A DNA stretch of 26,097 nucleotides from a virus (lineage: Duplodnaviria > Heunggongvirae > Uroviricota > Caudoviricetes): IMG/VR virus record IMGVR_UViG_3300044535_000502; one strand, given 5' to 3'. Under the pieces are notes generated by a model. It was not told where the DNA came from. It made no database searches and was given only the letters and a program-made list of their open reading frames with translations. The position numbers were made by a program, and so were the translations under genes. Positions 24,342 through 26,097 of the stretch are shown piece after piece (the stretch's first letter is position 1; each line of letters begins with the position of its first letter).

Positions 24342-24700
24342 CAGATAAAAAAGTTGAAGAAACAACTGAATATGAAAGTTGCCTAGACTTTCAAGCCGAA
24401 GATTACATCGATGTTACCAAATTCATTGATGGTGGTGTGCAAGAAAATTTGATTGCTGAACCAGACGACTCTCTGCTGACTCGTGATCAGATTTGGAAGA
24501 AGCACTGGAAAGGCATGCCGACATATGATCAGAATGATAACCCTCCTTGGAGACAAATCTATCTGAACTTTCGCAGTGAGGAAGACTATAATGAATTTGC
24601 AAAACTTGTTGACCAGAAACTCACTGACAAAACAAAAAGCATCTGGTATCCTAAACTTGAAATTGAAGACAACTCATTGACTCGTTGGATTGTAGAATGA
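24338..24700 (+). CDS. Hypothetical protein (120 aa) coupled to the glycosyltransferase gene
   Basis: ATGA overlaps at both ends; motifs 'WKGMPTYDQ', 'FRSEEDY..FA' and 'KTKSIWYP'. Confidence 0.75.
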   Translation: MTDKKVEETTEYESCLDFQAEDYIDVTKFIDGGVQENLIAEPDDSLLTRDQIWKKHWKGMPTYDQNDNPPWRQIYLNFRSEEDYNEFAKLVDQKLTDKTKSIWYPKLEIEDNSLTRWIVE

Positions 24701-25602
24701 TCATCAACCCAAAACATCCCGTTTACATTATCTCTAAAGGTCGCCATGAATCCATGCTGACCTCTAGGTCTTTGGCTAGAATGAAAGTGCCACACTTCAT
24801 TGCAATTGAGCCACAAGATGAAGAAAATTATGAGAAAGCACTTGATGCATTTGGTATTCGCCCATATGTCACCTTGTTGATTGCACCATTCAGTAATCAT
24901 GGTGATGGTCCAGGTCGTGCAAGAAACTGGTGTTGGGATCATGCGATTTCGATTGGTGCCGAAAAGCATTGGGTTCTTGATGACAACATCACAGACTTCT
25001 ACCGTCTGCAACAAAACAAGCGATATCGTGTTGAGTCTGGAGCTATCTTCAAAGCTGCTGAGGACTTTGTTGATCGTTATGAAAACGTACCAATCTCAGG
25101 CTTTCAATATCGTTTCTTTATTGCACCGAATTCTAAATATCCACCATACGTCACAAACACACGAATCTATTCCTGTTTGTTGATTTCAAATGATTGCAAG
25201 CACCGTTGGCGTGGCCGCTACAATGAAGACACTGATATCTGCTTGCGTGTGTTGAAAGATGGTGATTGTACCATCCAATTCAATGCATTCTTACAAGGTA
25301 AGGCTGCTACACAAACTGTCAAGGGTGGAAACACCGAAGAATTCTACCACAAAGAATTCGCTGATGAGGATGAAAACTTCAAAAAGACTGGCTATAATAG
25401 TAGCGGTACAATCAACAAATCTAAGATGCTTGAGGAAATGCATCCAGACGTTGCAAGAGTTGTTTGGCGCTATGGTAGATGGCACCATTACGTTGACTAC
25501 AATCCATTCAAAAAGAATGAACTGAGATTCAAGCCTGGTGTGGTTCTTCCGGAAGGTGATAATGAGTACGGAATGAAACTGACTCGCAATTGGAAGCCAT
25601 GA
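24697..25602 (+). CDS. GT-A fold glycosyltransferase, TAGT/GREB1-like (candidate DNA base glycosyltransferase, 301 aa)
   Basis: 'PVYIISKGR', 'GPGRARNWCWDHA', DxD-like 'HWVLDDNI', 'YSCLL', 'WRGRYNEDTDICL' and 'GGNT'. Start is ATG 24697 (ATGA overlap), not TTG 24685. Confidence 0.7.
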   Translation: MIINPKHPVYIISKGRHESMLTSRSLARMKVPHFIAIEPQDEENYEKALDAFGIRPYVTLLIAPFSNHGDGPGRARNWCWDHAISIGAEKHWVLDDNITDFYRLQQNKRYRVESGAIFKAAEDFVDRYENVPISGFQYRFFIAPNSKYPPYVTNTRIYSCLLISNDCKHRWRGRYNEDTDICLRVLKDGDCTIQFNAFLQGKAATQTVKGGNTEEFYHKEFADEDENFKKTGYNSSGTINKSKMLEEMHPDVARVVWRYGRWHHYVDYNPFKKNELRFKPGVVLPEGDNEYGMKLTRNWKP

Positions 25603-25639
25603 ACTGTTGTTTTTTAGTGAATTAATACTTTTTTAGTAC

Positions 25640-25667
25640 TTGACATTCTTCCTGCACCTGATATAAT
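25640..25667 (+). promoter_or_regulatory. Consensus sigma70 (early-type) promoter TTGACA-N16-TATAAT with extended -10 TG
   Basis: TTGACA at 25640-25645, TG at 25659-25660, TATAAT at 25662-25667; T-rich UP-like region upstream. Confidence 0.8.
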
Positions 25668-25692
25668 TGATCCTGTTGATAGAAAGAATGTC

Positions 25693-26097
25693 ATGAATTT
25701 TTCCCAAGAATCTAAGTCGCAGTTGGCCAAGTTGATGGCTACTGAAAACATCCGAGTTGAACACCGCAAGATGCAAACTGCGGCTTTTGACTTGAAGAAT
25801 CGCACACTTTACTGCCCTATCTGGACTGATATGTCTGGTGAACTTTATGATCTATTGCTTGGTCATGAAGTTGGTCACGCATTGGAAACACCTGAAGAAG
25901 GTTGGCACAATGCCGTAACAAGCAAAGACAAAAAGATCAGCCGCAACTTCAAGCATTTTCTGAATGTGGTTGAAGATGCCCGCATCGAAAAGAAAATCAA
26001 GCGCCGCTTTCCTGGTCTCCGTAATTCATTCGTCAAAGCATATGGCGAATTGTTGTCCCGTGACTTTTTCGGTCTCGGTGACCGTGATATCAATACC
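25693..26097 (+). CDS. HExxH metallopeptidase-like protein (CobT/VWA-associated type of T4-like phages), 3'-truncated by the window edge; absent from the ORF track
   Basis: Hand translation MNFSQESKSQLAKLMATENIRVEH...LYDLLLGHEVGHALETP...FLNVVEDARIEKKIKRRFPGL..., open to the window end (135 codons). Confidence 0.8.
   Translation, partial: MNFSQESKSQLAKLMATENIRVEHRKMQTAAFDLKNRTLYCPIWTDMSGELYDLLLGHEVGHALETPEEGWHNAVTSKDKKISRNFKHFLNVVEDARIEKKIKRRFPGLRNSFVKAYGELLSRDFFGLGDRDINT

Noticed and set aside
30-25602. No called gene ends in TAG, which raises possible amber recoding
   Set aside because: All conserved genes are full length under the standard code with no in-frame TAG; TAG avoidance is ordinary for AT-rich T4-like phages.
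1502-26093. Many 60-142 aa minus-strand and nested ORFs (e.g. 1502-1882, 10619-10936, 14394-14738, 18374-18742, 24586-25014, 25875-26093)
   Set aside because: They lie inside or opposite well-supported + strand genes, have no recognisable motifs, and are the expected shadow ORFs.
1-26097. CRISPR arrays, tRNAs, IS elements, DGR or integrase features
   Set aside because: Intergenic gaps are all short (under about 100 nt), and no regularly spaced repeats, cloverleafs, transposase or RT motifs were seen.

Overview
This 26 kb window comes from a T4-like (Tevenvirinae/Kyanoviridae-type gene order) myophage, and every credible gene is on the + strand. The core runs gp13-gp14-gp15-gp16-gp17-gp18-gp19-gp20-(gp67-like, 234-aa protein, gp67/gp68-like, 120-aa protein)-gp21-gp22-gp23-gp3-uvsY-uvsW-137-aa protein-gp55-cytidylyltransferase-gp47-gp46. 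It has TATAAATA late promoters and intrinsic terminators. The left accessory block (30-3001) holds a PAPS-dependent sulfotransferase, two small proteins, an APS-kinase-like P-loop domain fused to a minimal HxGH nucleotidyltransferase (a candidate miniature PAPS synthase), and a stand-alone lipoprotein with 11-residue repeats. The right accessory block holds a small protein, a peptide deformylase, a 120-aa protein and a TAGT/GREB1-like glycosyltransferase (candidate DNA hypermodification). A consensus sigma70 promoter and a truncated HExxH metallopeptidase-like gene follow. The best candidate novel systems are the phage sulfation module and the glycosyl/nucleotidyl-transferase set. A consensus antisense sigma70 promoter upstream of gp55 is also notable. 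All family calls come from motif recognition by eye, no searches were run, and the host cannot be determined from this window.
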